In this document: one piece after another, positions 29,286-47,345 of the stretch
How positions within the stretch are numbered: position 1 is the stretch's first letter
How the letters are laid out: the number at the start of each line of letters is the position of its first letter
From: Eledone cirrhosa
Taxonomy: Eukaryota
Length of the DNA: 64,000 bases
Reading direction: 5' to 3'
Assembly (NCBI GenBank): GCA_964016885.1
Contig: OZ024743.1
Coordinates: 44,144,001 to 44,208,000 of the forward strand
Program-made: the position numbers and the translations under genes
Notes under the pieces: generated by a model
Database searches by the model: none
Seen by the model: the letters and a program-made list of their open reading frames with translations, nothing else
Told to the model about the DNA's origin: nothing

Positions 29286-30028
29286 TGCATATTTCTGGAT
29301 CTTGGCAGTCTAAAGAATACAAAACAAATTATATCTCAAATGTTATATCAACAGTTGTAGTATATCAATTTAACCAAATACATATATATGTTTTACTGAG
29401 CCAAATATAGAAAGATTTAATCCAGTACTTCTGACGGGCAGTCTATAACACGTTTTCACCTCCGATTTGAAACATTTTATTTAATTAAACTTCTTATGCT
29501 TTTGAATAAAGCATCATTATCAAACAACATATTTTATACCAAGAAGCATTTACATACGCGCTGGGAAATTATTGGAAGTCACTTGCACCTGTAAAATTCC
29601 AATTTAAAGTGGATGATGTACCTCATCCTAAGAAACTAATACATTTTATATGCTAAGTTAGAGATATCATACCATAACTTAAGCTACTCTTTCAATAATG
29701 CATCTATTAGGATTGGTCATGACAACGGTTTTACGGCTAAAATATTGATTATGGAATCTGTCACGAAAATAAAAATGAAATAAACCTAAGCTGGAAAACA
29801 AAAGCGAAGCAGATTTTAATAAAGTTACAAACTTATAATCGAACCCAGAAGAGAAAAGAAACTGCTATAACCGTACGGATATGCATTTCCAAAAGATACA
29901 AGAACGTTAAGATAATTATGTAACATATGTAGGAGACAGTCGCTGCAAAAATATATATTTGAGAAAAGCACATACCCAAAAAGTACTTTGTAATCCTTTC
30001 ACAGTGTATAGACACACATACAGAGACA

Positions 30029-30113
<85 letters not shown>

Positions 30114-30114
30114 T

Positions 30115-30167
<53 letters not shown>

Positions 30168-31051
30168 CCAAATGCTGTTGCATATATGCCTGCGAAATAT
30201 AAACGGAAAAAAGCACAAAGCAATATATTTACATATATATTAGTTTAAAGCTTGAGAAGAGTAAAAAGCGGATCTTAATATTTCGGACGCTAGTACTTTG
30301 TCGTAAGATAGAATAAAAAATGGAAAAAATTGTAGAGACAGGGGAAAGTAAGAGGTGGAATTAACTCATTTTTTCAGTTGGGGGGGGGGGGGGACGACGG
30401 TCAGGCGGTTTGTACCCAATATACTCACTTGCCACCTCCACCCTACCTATCAGGGATTGCTGCCTCTTGCCGCACACATCTGCCTCGAATCGTACATCAC
30501 GCGTTTGTGGGCCTATCGAACAGCTGTGATTCCCTTATTTCTTAGAGTACACGACTTAGTACGAACAATCCAACCTTTCTGTGTCGGATTGAAGAATGGT
30601 CTAATGTCATTTGCATTGCACGCACATCACTCGTAATGCCACTCCTAATTACCTCGTCTAATTTAGGTAGCAGCTCGCCCTCGTTCTAGCAGCTCGCCCT
30701 CGACCTTTACTAAAGCTTATTAGAACAACACTAATCTCTTCTGTTGTTGGCAACCTCCCCACTGTGTACTTACGTTTAACTGGAGTGATGACCCAGTCTC
30801 TGTAGGTTTTACACCCCGGGAATGAGGCATTGAGCTTCCGGTAGCCAGGTCCTAGCCATTTCTATGTTCCGCGCTGAAATTTGGTGTTTCTTTCTCAATG
30901 AATCGAAACAACAAAAGTAAACTTTATTTCATCTTTTTTCATATTTTTTCAGGTTCTCTTTTCTGTTCAACGTCTTGCTGTTTGATAAGGTCATAGCTGT
31001 TGCATAACGAGTCTCATCGAAATATATATAACAGCCATTATATATATATAA

Positions 31052-31451
31052 GGGCGGTGGATTGGCAGTATCGGTAGAGGGTCGGACGCCATGCTTTCCA
31101 GCATAGTTACGTCCCTTTACGATCTGAGTTCAAATCCCGCCGAGGTTAACTTTGCCTTTCATCCTTACGGGGTCGATAAAATAAAGTACCAGTAATGCAC
31201 TGGGTAATTGCTGGCCTTGTGCCAAAAGTAGAAACAATTATATATATATAATGGCTGTTATCCAGGCGGTGGTTTGGCAGTATCGGTAGAGGTTCGGACG
31301 CCATGCTTTCAAGCATAGTTACGTCCCTTTACGATCTGAATTCAAATCCCGCCGAGGTTGTCTTTGCCTTTTATCCATACGGGGTCCATAAAATAAAGTA
31401 CCAGTAATGCACTGGGTAATTGTTGGCCTTGTGCCTAAAGTAGAAACAATT
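31052..31451 (+). mobile_element. Two tandem full-length Meta-domain-type SINEs
   Basis: 31052-31240 and 31265-31451, each GGCGGTGG...GTTCAAATCCC-type B-box...AGAAACAATTA. Confidence 0.92.
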
Positions 31452-31645
31452 ATATATATATATATATGCATATATTTACATATATATGTGTGTGTATGGG
31501 GGGGGGGGTGATTGGATGACTGTATTTTCACCATCCTTATCGCGTAAATTTTTATAATCAGTATTATGTTCTTTCTCTGTCGATTTCTATATTTTCTTCT
31601 TAATGCCCGATTATAATCATTCTATTTCAAATATGAAAATATGAC

Positions 31646-31672
31646 CACTAATATTTTATTTTTATTTTTCAG
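31646..31672 (+). promoter_or_regulatory. Splice acceptor (branch point, polypyrimidine tract, AG) upstream of the GPCR coding exon
   Basis: CACTAAT branch-like site, then T-rich TTTTATTTTTATTTTTC and AG, about 120 nt before the ATG. Confidence 0.65.
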
Positions 31673-31791
31673 ATCTCACTGTAGCGGTGACAATCCATCT
31701 AAATAAATAGACAACCGATATATGTGTGTGTGTGTGTGGCTGTGTTAGTGTGTGTGTATATGATATATATTTAATATATACAACATTAAAG

Positions 31792-32910
31792 ATGTCAAGT
31801 AATACACTTCTACCAAACTGTACAGCAATTCCATTGGAGAATGCCACAGCAACGGAAGAAGCCGACGAAAGAGAATACAGTGGATTCTACATGCAAGCTC
31901 AATTTATCACTGGTCTTATACTTTATCCTATATTTTGCATTCCCGGAATAATCGGAAATGCATTAACAATAATTGTCTTGACACAGAAAACGATGCGAAC
32001 CTCGACAAATGCTTTCCTCAGTGCATTGGCAATTTCAGATATGATTAAACTGATGAATGATTTAATGTACTTTATAGTTCTTCTTATTTCACAGTCCTAT
32101 CCGACAATAGGTAAAACAGCATTTGGTTATATCTATCCGTATGCTCATTTTATCTTCAACCTTGCAGCCTGTGTTTCCTCTTGGCTGATTGTGTCTGTGG
32201 CGGCTGAGCGATATTTGATGGTGTGCCATGCAGCACAAGCTAAAACATTATGTACACGAAGGATCGCAATTATTGTCAGTGCGGTTATTTACACATGTAT
32301 GACTATCCTTGCAATACCATCAGCCATAAGATATAAAACTGTATCCTGCTTTGATTACAATCAAAATAAAACGGTTTATGACATAAATGTGACTGAATTA
32401 TGGATGAACGAGGATTTCGAAACAGCTTACAATTGGATACAAAATTTACTAAGATCTGTAATTCCATTTTTGGTGCTAATCGTACTTAATACTTATATCA
32501 TAAACGCTCTTCGAAAAACGCGAGCCAATCGAAGGTTTTCAGCGAGAAATAGAATCACGTTCATGCTAATAATGGTTATTGTTGTATTTGTAGTTTGTAT
32601 CACACCAGACGCTATCATGTCAACATGCTTCGGCTTAGGTTACTACGATGAAAATCTACTCATCAAAGGTGTTCGTGAATTTACGGACACACTTTTAGCT
32701 GTGAATGCTGCATTAAATTTTGTACTTTACTGTTTGTTTAACAAAGTGTTTCGTGAGCATTTTCGAACGATATTTTGTCATCGTTTAGGTGGCCGGCGTG
32801 TTACTATGGAACCAGATGAAAGTGAATATAGGCGGTTGTCAGATCAAAAGAATAACCAGACTATGACGATGAAGTTAACAATTCAAAAAACTGCTACGAC
32901 GCTCGTTTGA
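31792..32910 (+). CDS. Class A GPCR, FMRFamide/sex-peptide-receptor-like peptide receptor family (372 aa, single coding exon)
   Basis: Seven hydrophobic helices. GN (TM1), LAISD (TM2), AERY (TM3), RSVIPF (TM5), CITPD (TM6), NAALNFVLY (TM7), FREHF (helix 8). N-glycosylation sites NCT and NAT in the N-terminus. ATG at 31792. Confidence 0.93.
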   Translation: MSSNTLLPNCTAIPLENATATEEADEREYSGFYMQAQFITGLILYPIFCIPGIIGNALTIIVLTQKTMRTSTNAFLSALAISDMIKLMNDLMYFIVLLISQSYPTIGKTAFGYIYPYAHFIFNLAACVSSWLIVSVAAERYLMVCHAAQAKTLCTRRIAIIVSAVIYTCMTILAIPSAIRYKTVSCFDYNQNKTVYDINVTELWMNEDFETAYNWIQNLLRSVIPFLVLIVLNTYIINALRKTRANRRFSARNRITFMLIMVIVVFVVCITPDAIMSTCFGLGYYDENLLIKGVREFTDTLLAVNAALNFVLYCLFNKVFREHFRTIFCHRLGGRRVTMEPDESEYRRLSDQKNNQTMTMKLTIQKTATTLV

Positions 32911-33314
32911 AAACATATTTGAGTGGTTGTGAGAATTAAAATTTTTTGACACTGTATATGAAATAACTAAATAAGGTTACTACTTCTAAATCTCTATACA
33001 TTTCGTGGTGCCACCAATTCCTTTAACATTGTATATTTGCCTCCCATTAAACATTTTTCATTTTTAACTTAATCTTAAATGTAAAAGAGAATGATTAAGT
33101 GAAATTGAGTTAAGTATGGATCAAACTAATATATTCTACGTGGGTTTAAAAACGTGATTAGAACACAACTTTCACCGAAGAGAGATGTCTGAGAGAGAAA
33201 AAAAGATTCAGTATTTCAGAATTGGTTCCATAGGTAAACCTATATAAATGCATGCATAAACGCACACATATGAAATCTAATCATTTAATATATATATATA
33301 CTTACACACACGCG

Positions 33315-33389
<75 letters not shown>

Positions 33390-33405
33390 ATCTACATGTG
33401 TATGT

Positions 33406-33483
<78 letters not shown>

Positions 33484-33997
33484 ACATACACACACACAAA
33501 TATATATATATAAATAAGGAACGAAGCTAATCAGATGAAATTGACATGGTTTCGGTCGTTTTCTCACTCACTCAATATTTTAATTAAGGGTGTATTATTA
33601 AAAATACAGACCGAAAAACCTGAGTGGATACTTACATTAATCAGCGAGAAAGGCCACTTCGTGTGGGTAGGAATTTGAATTTTCCATTATCATTTTGCAT
33701 GTTAAAACTCGTCACTGAGCAATGGATAGGGATACATCGTAAACTGCTAAATCGTTTCTCTGACAAATGTTCAAGATAGATTCCGGATTTATTCTTCCCT
33801 TAACTTGTTTTCATCTTTCATTATAATCTCAAACTTTCTAAGTTTTCTAAATATTTCAGTCAGTTGTACTAGTGATTGTGGACAATCAACAAGAAAATAA
33901 TTCCCTTTTATAAAATGACATAGCCCTATCCTATCACACACCTCATTTTCTTTTTCTACTGAAAATTGAAGGTATTTCGAAACATTATTTACATACT

Positions 33998-34189
33998 GGG
34001 TGGTATATTGGTAGTATCGGTAGAGAGTCGGGCGCCATGCTTTGAAGCATAGAGTTACCTCCCTTTATGATCTGAGTTCAAATCCTGCCGAGGTTAACTT
34101 TGCCTTTTATCCTTACGGGGTCGATAAAATAAAGTACCAGTAATGCACTGGGATAATTGCTGGCCTTGTGCCAAAAGTAGAAACAATTA
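33998..34189 (+). mobile_element. Meta-domain-type SINE
   Basis: Full head, core and AGAAACAATTAT tail. Confidence 0.9.
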
Positions 34190-34624
34190 TATATAATAAA
34201 TAAACTAGGCACCTATAAAATAAAGCTCAACTGAATAATAACCAAATATACGTTCCTATAAGAAACGAATTATGATCGTGATAAACGTAAAGATGCCCAT
34301 TCTAGTAACAATTATTTACATACTGCACGAATAAATAATATTTCTAAACACGCTCAGATGGATTTTATATATGATATAACGTTGTGTTATGCGATAGGCC
34401 GAGCTTTCACTATATATTATTACTCATATTGAGAGGGAAAATATGGTATGCCTAGTCAAACATGAACGCATCTATTAGCTCATATTATATCATGGCGAAC
34501 TCCATTCTGAAATGTATATATCAATGTAATATTTAATATAAATATGTTTATCTATATGGTTGTATTTAAAATATATTCTAAGGCGTCATGTTTATATTCT
34601 TCGGATCTGTAATAATAAATTGAA

Positions 34625-35250
34625 GCAAATCGAACAATATAATAAATGTTCGGTTAACCCATAGGTACATATATATATATATGTGTGCATGTATGTATAT
34701 ATATACATACTACTGTACGTCTGTACACATATATGTATGTACGTATACATACTTATATTTAGGTATCAGCCGTACTAAGAGTGAGAAATGAAATTTCGTT
34801 TCATTCTTTTCCATTTATCGTTTTCGGCACGCCCGGCTGACTAACTCATTCGATATGCAAATTAGGCTGCTCAGCCGTTAATATGCATAAGGAAAGAATA
34901 TACTTTCAAACGTTCAATCATCTGACAGAAAAGGTATACGATGCTGACGATAGCTAATAAGCTTGAAAGTAGTATATCGTTCCTGTGTCAGTGTTGAACA
35001 AAAAGGCGACGATGGTTGCCGAGCACTGTACGGCGAAATTCCGGCTGTTTGTTTACAAACAAACCGAACATTATAATAAATGTTCGGTAAACCCATACGT
35101 ATATATATATATATGTGTGCATGTATGTATATATATATAGATACTACTGTACGTCTGTACACATATATGTATGTACGTATACATACTTATATTTAGGTAT
35201 CAGCCGTACTAAGAGTGAGAAATGAAATTTCGTTTCATTCTTTTCCATTT
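34625..35250 (+). mobile_element. Family K tandem (434-bp period, ~1.45 units) HHR-containing non-coding element
   Basis: 34625-34816 repeats at 35059-35250, with the HHR between. A related copy at 36505-36755 has an inverted terminus. Confidence 0.7.
34938..34980 (+). ncRNA. Minimal type I hammerhead ribozyme (family K)
   Basis: ACGATG-CTGACGA-T AGCT aata AGCT T-GAAA-GTAG-TA-TATCGT; 6-bp stem I, GUA triplet. Confidence 0.78.
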
Positions 35251-35272
35251 ATATATATATACATACATATGT

Positions 35273-35356
<84 letters not shown>

Positions 35357-35738
35357 ATTTATATATAAGAATTGTGGCTGATATTATCATGTGAAACGAA
35401 AAATGTGATTAAAGAACATAGCCGTTGTCTAAACAGAGTCCAATAGAAAACTACAAGCGTAACAAATATGCAAATTTAAGTCAATGGTGACTGAAAGAAT
35501 CATAATTTATCGCTTATTGATATTGAAAACCTCTTCATTATAACGCAACTAGATTTCCGTCTCATAAGAGTACTAACAACAATTACATTATCCTGCAAAC
35601 ATGTAATGTCATGATTTCCACAGAAATATACGCATGTGATATATAAACCCGCTCGCACGCTGACACACACACATACACACGCACATGCACATACATACAG
35701 ACACACCCACACACAGGCACAGACACACATATATCAAA

Positions 35739-35776
<38 letters not shown>

Positions 35777-36039
35777 CTCTCTATGTATGTGTTTGAGAGA
35801 ATCATAGAGAGAGAATGTGTGAAATAGAAGGATAAAGGTGAGTGAGAAGAAAACCTGGAAAGTTAGTTAAATTACCCATTTTGAATAAATACACATAAAC
35901 ATATATGCACATATATATATCAACTGTAAATATATATATATATATTTATATAAATATCGACAGTTCATCGACTTTCGTCAAATCGGACCGAGGAAGCAGT
36001 GTTTCCGCTGGTCTTTCCGATTACTAATTATATCTGTTG

Positions 36040-36177
36040 GTCGCAACTCCGGATAGCAAGAGCAATGTTAAATAAAGTTTCTAGCTCAAGGACATAAAGC
36101 TTCGCACGGGACAGGAATCGAATTCACAATCTTATGATTGCGAATTCAATTCTCTAACCACTCTGCCAAGTGCCTCC
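36040..36177 (-). mobile_element. tRNA-derived SINE (CORE-like family)
   Basis: Reverse complement GGAGGCACTTGGCAGAGTGGTTAG...TTCGATTCCTG...GTCCTTGAGCTAGAAACTTTATTTAACATTGCTC. Confidence 0.65.
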
Positions 36178-36182
36178 AACAG

Positions 36183-36263
<81 letters not shown>

Positions 36264-36321
36264 GTGTGTGTGGGTGGGTGCGTGTGTGTGTGTGTGTCTG
36301 TGTGTGTGTGTGTGTGTGTGT

Positions 36322-36427
<106 letters not shown>

Positions 36428-36438
36428 GTATATATATA

Positions 36439-36500
<62 letters not shown>

Positions 36501-36645
36501 TTGAAATAAAATGAAAACGAAATTTCATTTCTCACACCGTATGGCATAAATTCAGGCTGTTCAGTTTGTTTACAAACGAACAAAGCGGCGTTATAATAAG
36601 CGTCCGCTAAACTGATGCGTGCATATATGTATGTGTACCTGTATG

Positions 36646-36699
<54 letters not shown>

Positions 36700-36747
36700 T
36701 GCTACTGTACGTCTGTATACATATATGTATGTACGTATACATACATA

Positions 36748-37535
<788 letters not shown>

Positions 37536-38639
37536 CACAAACACATATGGAATGACAATCAAAAGAGAATAAAAGTTACTTCAGTTTCACTTTTTTATAC
37601 TAATCCGCATGACACGCACTGTTGTTTTAACATAAAATGTTTGTTTTAATGTGTTTATGTTCATCTAAAAACATTCCGTCTTAATTCTATGTAAGAATGT
37701 TTGTAATAGCATATTTCAAATAATATAATAATGAGAAATGATATTATATAATTAATATAAATATATATATATCTATGTATAGTGTTTGAAATATTCGAAG
37801 AGAATTGTTCACTATAAACTAGGTATCTTAATAGGATAGTGGATAGAATAGAATGTTGAAATAGGCATACTCTATCTACAGTAAACCTTGTAAACTGGAA
37901 AATACATTGAGGTATGTACCTTTTAGGATTACGCTAAGCAATGATAAAGAAAGAAAGTATTTTCACACACAGTAAAAGCAGGCATTAATAATAAATACAT
38001 GGTTTGTAATATGTCTAAGTTAAATGGATGATGTTTGGGAAATAAAATGAAATACTACTTAGGATTGTTACAAATTATATACGTATCCGAATGAGATTTG
38101 ATACTAATTTAAATATATATTGGTGAAAACATTAAACGTGTTTTTTGTGATTATAATTCCAGTATAGGTTGATAAAGAATTCCAAAGTTCAAAGAAAACT
38201 CAATCCGGGGAATGAGTCAGTAGTGTATAGCTACATATTTCATTAATTCATGGTATCATTTTGGTACAATTATTTCATTAGCGTCTCAGATCTAGATATT
38301 TAGTCTGTAGTCCGTATTGTATAATGCTCGTAGCTTTTTCATTCAAATGTGAAAGAGCAGCATGAGAGCAGATCAAAGATTCCGAAATACATAGGGAAGG
38401 TGTGGATATGGATGTACTGTAACATAAAAAGAGGGCAGGCTATTTTATAGGTCATACGCTAATGTTTGAAGAACCAAGATGGAAGTATTAGAGTCCGAAC
38501 GTAATAAAGGTTGGATAGAGTGTTAAAGTTTAAATATAGCGAGGTTTAAGTTTGTAGAGGAGAATACGCGTGAAGGAAATAAGTAGAAATCTGTCGTACA
38601 TGGTATCCAGATTTTTATTCCTGGTGTAGTTGGATTTTA

Positions 38640-39790
38640 CAGTTATTGACTATGCTTTTGTATGCGTGGGGGCAGCGATTGATTTACTTGGTCTTTCTGT
38701 TGAGACAGGTTGTGGAGTTCTGCAGTTTAAATATATAATTCGTCCTTCGGACATACACAGCAGGCATGACATCGAGCCTGCGTCAGATCATTTTCAGCAT
38801 CCTCCATTTTATGGAGAATTTCGGATCCTTCCATTTTATGGAGAAATTCGGATTATTAAAATTCACTTGTAACTTGCTATCTTAGTGTTGGATCTTTTGT
38901 ACCGATAACTTGATATCATCCTGTGGATTAAGATCTGATTTTATATTAGTCTTTGCATTTCCAGGAAGGTCTTGACCAACTGCGGGTAGTTCGCTCTGCT
39001 CAAGGTGCCACAAACCTATTATGTTTTCATCTTTAAGATATTCTCCTGGTCTTTAGCAGTCCGGTGTTCAAAAACTCATGGATTTGAAGGGGACATAAAG
39101 TCTAGTGTTTCCGGAAAAATAAGTGTACTTTTGGCACAAGGCCAACAATTATCCAAGTGCATTACTGGTACTTTATTTTATCGACCCCGTAAGAATGAAA
39201 GGCAAAGTTAACCTCGGCGGGATTTGAACTCAGAATGGCAAGGACCGTAACTCTATGCGTCAAAGCATGGTGTCCGACCCTCTACCGATACTGACAATCC
39301 ACCGCCAGTGTTTCCGGCAAAAGAATGGCAAATTTTAACCGTATATCTGCTAAAAATATTTCTGTATTTACGGATTAGAGAGAAATGCTTGTCTATAAGA
39401 AGTCCGAACATTTTCATTCAACATTAGCCTTACCATTTATGGTTCTATATATATTTCCTTTATTTCTTGGGCAATGCTATCCATTAGGAGAGGAGAAAAT
39501 TGAGTCTTTAAAGCCTCTGTTGACCATGGAGGTTTTGTAGATGTAGATTGCTCTATCAACGAAATACCTATTTGAAAAAAGGTTTGATATTATCTTATTC
39601 AATTCACAACAATTTTACTGGAGATTATGGGTGTATACACACACTTGTGTTGATGTATGTTACTGTTCATTGGGGAAGGGGCAAGGATTATGTTTTCGGT
39701 TGAACATGACATCTAGAAAACTAACACTAATGAGGTTGCTAGTTATGGTTTCTTAGAAGATGGCAACAATTCTAGAGATAACTACTGAAC
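38640..39790 (-). mobile_element. Old Naiad-like PLE remnant interrupted by a SINE
   Basis: Reverse complement fragments FLDVMFN, LLIDKHF, KYRKIF-like and CLLCMSE, collinear with family C. Confidence 0.6.
39121..39306 (-). mobile_element. Meta-domain-type SINE with TSD
   Basis: AGTGTTTCCGG present on both flanks. Confidence 0.88.
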
Positions 39791-39823
39791 ATCTTACGGT
39801 TATAGACAAATGCTATGTATATG

Positions 39824-40019
<196 letters not shown>

Positions 40020-40351
40020 TAGAAAAAATAGAAATAACATTATATCAAATAATCTAAATCCTTCAAGAAACTTACTCTCGACCTCAAAATATATGTATTA
40101 ATTCCTTCCATACTTTCTGTTGTTACGGAATACCCACTCACAAAGAATCCCCTTGCAATTTCATCAAGATCAAATTAAATATGATACAGTAATAATTGTT
40201 TCTACTTTTTTGGCACAAGGCCAGTAATTACCCAGTACATTACTGGTACTGTATATGATACTTTATATGATACAGTAATAATAATACATCAACTTAATAG
40301 AGAGCAATAATAAATATACAGAAAGACTTCGCTTTCAATTAATCATTGTTC

Positions 40352-40510
40352 AATCGCGGGTAACCACAGTAAGTACGGTACTCAATACAAAGCAGAGTAT
40401 ATATATTTAATATAGATAAGGCTTCTACAGGACTAGAACTGTTTTATTCGAGATATTTCTGATGATTTCTCACGAATGGAACAGTTCTAGTCCTGTAGAA
40501 GCATTTTCTA
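40352..40510. mobile_element. Family E palindromic element; HHR at 40456-40500 (+)
   Basis: TTT-CTGATGA-TTTC tcac GAAT-GGAA-CAG ttctagtc CTG-TA-GAA, with an inverted 3' half upstream. Confidence 0.8.
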
Positions 40511-41081
40511 TAATAAATATGCATATATATATATATAGAAGATAAATATTACGAATTCATTTTTTCATCTTTATAGAAATCGCTTGCAACAGATAATATG
40601 TATTACCATGATTCAAAATTTACATTATCAACATGAAATTGAACTGCAAGATGAAAAGTTTCCGAGACTAAGTTTTACCTACTGCATATGCAAATGCAAA
40701 TCATTTAATGAATGGGACCATTATCAGGCAGAACTATCCAGTGATGAAAGCATAAAAAAACATAAAATATATGTTTTCATTTTATTAATATAACCGCAAC
40801 CTACATTTCTGAAGCTATAGTACTGGAAAAGTTCATTTTAAACATGCAATATGGATATGAGTGGGAAAATGTGAGATGCCTTTTGGAAATCGTTGGATAA
40901 CGTAATATGTTTCCCTAACAAATTTAGGGAAAAGTAATCGTTACTAGGATTTCGGTAACACACACACACAGACACACACATACGCACATACACTCACACT
41001 CACACACACACACTCATATATATGTGCGGGTTTATATGGGTGGGTGGGTGTATGGGTGTAAGTGTGTGTGTGTGAGTGTTC

Positions 41082-41242
41082 AATCGGGGGAAACCAAAGT
41101 CAATAAGGTACTCAATACATTAGTAGAGTGTAAAAATCTCGTTTAATATAGAAATGGCTCTTACATAACTAGAGAAATTATGAAGAACGCTTTCCTAATG
41201 ATTTTTTTTAATAAAACAGTTCTAATGCTATACAAGCCATTT
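41082..41242. repeat. Older family E copy
   Basis: AAGGTACTCAATAC...CCTAATGA...AAAACAGTTCTA. Confidence 0.6.
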
Positions 41243-41419
41243 ATATGTATGTATATATGTATGTATGTATGTGTGTATGTATATATGTATACATGTGTGT
41301 GTGACTAAGAGTGTGTGTGTGTATAAGAGTGTGTGTGCGAGTGTGTGTGCGTGTGTGTATGAGCATGTTCGTGAGTGAGTGTAACATTATCCGTAGGTGT
41401 GTTTCCAGTAACGCATATA

Positions 41420-41640
41420 TATTGAGTTTTTCGAATATTAATAACAACATTCGATTCGTTTGCAATTATGCAAACACGCCTCAATTTTATAGCCATGTCT
41501 GTGTATTTTTGAAAATAGCATATTTTTTTCACTAGCTCTGACAGTTTGGCAGGTGAACAGTGGCTGTAATGATGAAGAGTGATACAAAGAAACATTAGTG
41601 TCTGCAGTTCTGTTCGCATCCCAATACAGGAGCTATAACA
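41420..41640. repeat. Family F copy with decayed HHR
   Basis: GGCTGTA-ATGATGA...GAAACATTAGTGTC-TGCAGTTC. Confidence 0.7.
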
Positions 41641-41871
41641 TTGGGGCTTGTTTTCATAATTGCAGTAGACTCTGTAGTCTACATAGAGCACTTTCTTTTC
41701 CTTTACCTACGGAAACGCTTCATATATATATATATATATATAAAAACAAATAGTAAAAAGGTAAAAATTCAGTAGATAATGCTGGAGGGATTTTTTCAGC
41801 ATGATATCAAAACATTTATTTATAAAGTAAGTATTTCTGCATTTAATATATATATATACATATATATATAT

Positions 41872-45411
<3,540 letters not shown>

Positions 45412-46167
45412 GAGAGGGGGGGGGGGGTGTTAAGGTTAACCATGGTTGCATGGAACACATTTGCAGTTTGAAATGTGTGCAGCCCAACACAAGAGGTGTG
45501 GAGTCTGGTTTCTTGCTGGTTACCTAGTACCCATTTTCTATCTCCAGCTGTATTTCACGGGAGTTTTTCAACAATTATTCGGTAATTATATTAAGTGATT
45601 AGTATTATGCTAATTTACATTGGGGCGTACATTTATCATATATATATATGTGTGTGTGTTGTGTATATATTATATATATATACATGAGTTTGTGTGTGCG
45701 TCTACGCAGATACATAGACAGTCAGGAAGTTATACTTACATATACATGCATATGTGTCATTGTGTGTGTGTTGTTGCTTCATGTGTGTGTGCAAAGAATA
45801 CATTGCTTTAAAATGTAGAGGAAATCTATATTTAAGGACAATTGTTTTATCTTTGCCTGTATATTTTGAAGTGATATATGTGCTAATCACTGGAATTAAT
45901 GTTTCAATACTTGTACTCTTTTTCAACCCCAAAGTTGGGCTCTCCATGTCATTATCACCAACAGTTATAAATGAACAATTTAATCGATAAATGTGTATTT
46001 TTATGAATAATGTAAGAAATCCCATGCACGCACAAAAACACCCACTTGCATGCACACACATGGACACACATCCATATATACATACATATAAACACACACA
46101 CACACACACACATACATATATATGCGTGTGTGTGTATGAATGTGTGTGAGTGTGAATATGTGTGTGC

Positions 46168-46229
<62 letters not shown>

Positions 46230-46773
46230 ATACAGACAGAGAGAGATGGTGTTTGTTTCATGACAGAAGAGTACTGTCCCTTCACTGAGCATTGCACGTT
46301 CATGTGCATGCCGGTGACCTTTCAAACATGCTTTTTTTTTATTCAGGTACGTTCACAGTTGTAACACCTGAACTGTCTGTCTCCTCGCAATACCGGCTGG
46401 TTGTGTCTTCATGCATGTTACCATGTCTGGTCAGTCCAGCAGCTGACCTGAAAATTTAGCCACACTCACTTCAAATGTACCGTGGAGTGTGGTGGTAGAA
46501 AATATTACATGTTGCTCGATTTCTCCACAGTTCTTGTAAGAAGAAATTGGCCGCATATATTGCACCTGAATTCGTGCTGATTTTAGCAGGCACTGCCTTT
46601 GGGTCATGCTGACGAAATAAACGCTTCAAAACAGCATGCACCATTCGGTTTTTCACAAAGATATCACATAGTTATATTGATACATACACGATGATGGGTG
46701 CACCCGCGTTATCGAGTATGGCCATTGCGCGAAAAAAACAAAAACAATAACGACAATAATAATAATAATAACG

Positions 46774-46811
<38 letters not shown>

Positions 46812-46829
46812 TAATAATAATAATAATAA

Positions 46830-47020
46830 TAAGTGTTTCTACTTTGGGCACAAGGCCAGCAATTAACCAGTACATTGCTGGTACTTTATTTTATCGACAC
46901 CGTAAGAAGGAAAGGCAAAGTTAACCTCGGCGGGATTTGAACTCAGATGGTAAAGGGACGTAACTCTTTGCGTCAAAGCATGGCGTCCGATCCCTCTACT
47001 GATACTGCCAATCCACCGCC
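46830..47020 (-). mobile_element. Meta-domain-type SINE inserted in (TAA)n
   Basis: Full-length copy flanked by (TAA)n on both sides. Confidence 0.9.
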
Positions 47021-47071
47021 AATAATAATATATATATATATACACACACACATATACATATCTATGTATAC

Positions 47072-47116
<45 letters not shown>

Positions 47117-47123
47117 ATAACAA

Positions 47124-47345
47124 TTAACGGTGCTGCGATTGAATGTGGCTTTTTAGCCCAGCCAATGATCTAAAATGTGTTGCATAGAGTTGGCAACCAA
47201 AACATTCACTGGGAATAGCCGCCTGTGGTTGGAGTTCATGTACTTTTGCATGTCGCTTGAGCCCTCCTGCTGATTTACAGTCTCTACCACATGCTTGGCA
47301 GGCATGATGACTAGCATCTCCAACAGCAGCCTGGTAGTCAATCAC
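47124..47345 (-). mobile_element. 3' end of RTE-type LINE with two C2H2-like fingers
   Basis: HACQACGRDCKSAGGLKRHAKVH and a degenerate second finger, then a stop codon and microsatellite tail. Confidence 0.55.

Noticed and set aside
31052-31140. tRNA genes
   Set aside because: A/B-box-like motifs are SINE heads with no cloverleaf.
31726-31791. N-terminal extension of the GPCR ORF
   Set aside because: Starts at a non-ATG codon in a (TG)n tract; ATG 31792 gives a typical glycosylated N-terminus.
33535-33670. Possible decayed minus-strand HHR (TTTCTCGCT/AGTGAGAAA stem, GAAA-CCATG-TC)
   Set aside because: No recognisable CUGANGA box or stem I; too degenerate to call.
46260-46730. Possible piggyBac-like C-terminal remnant
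   Set aside because: Similarity too weak to support without a database search.
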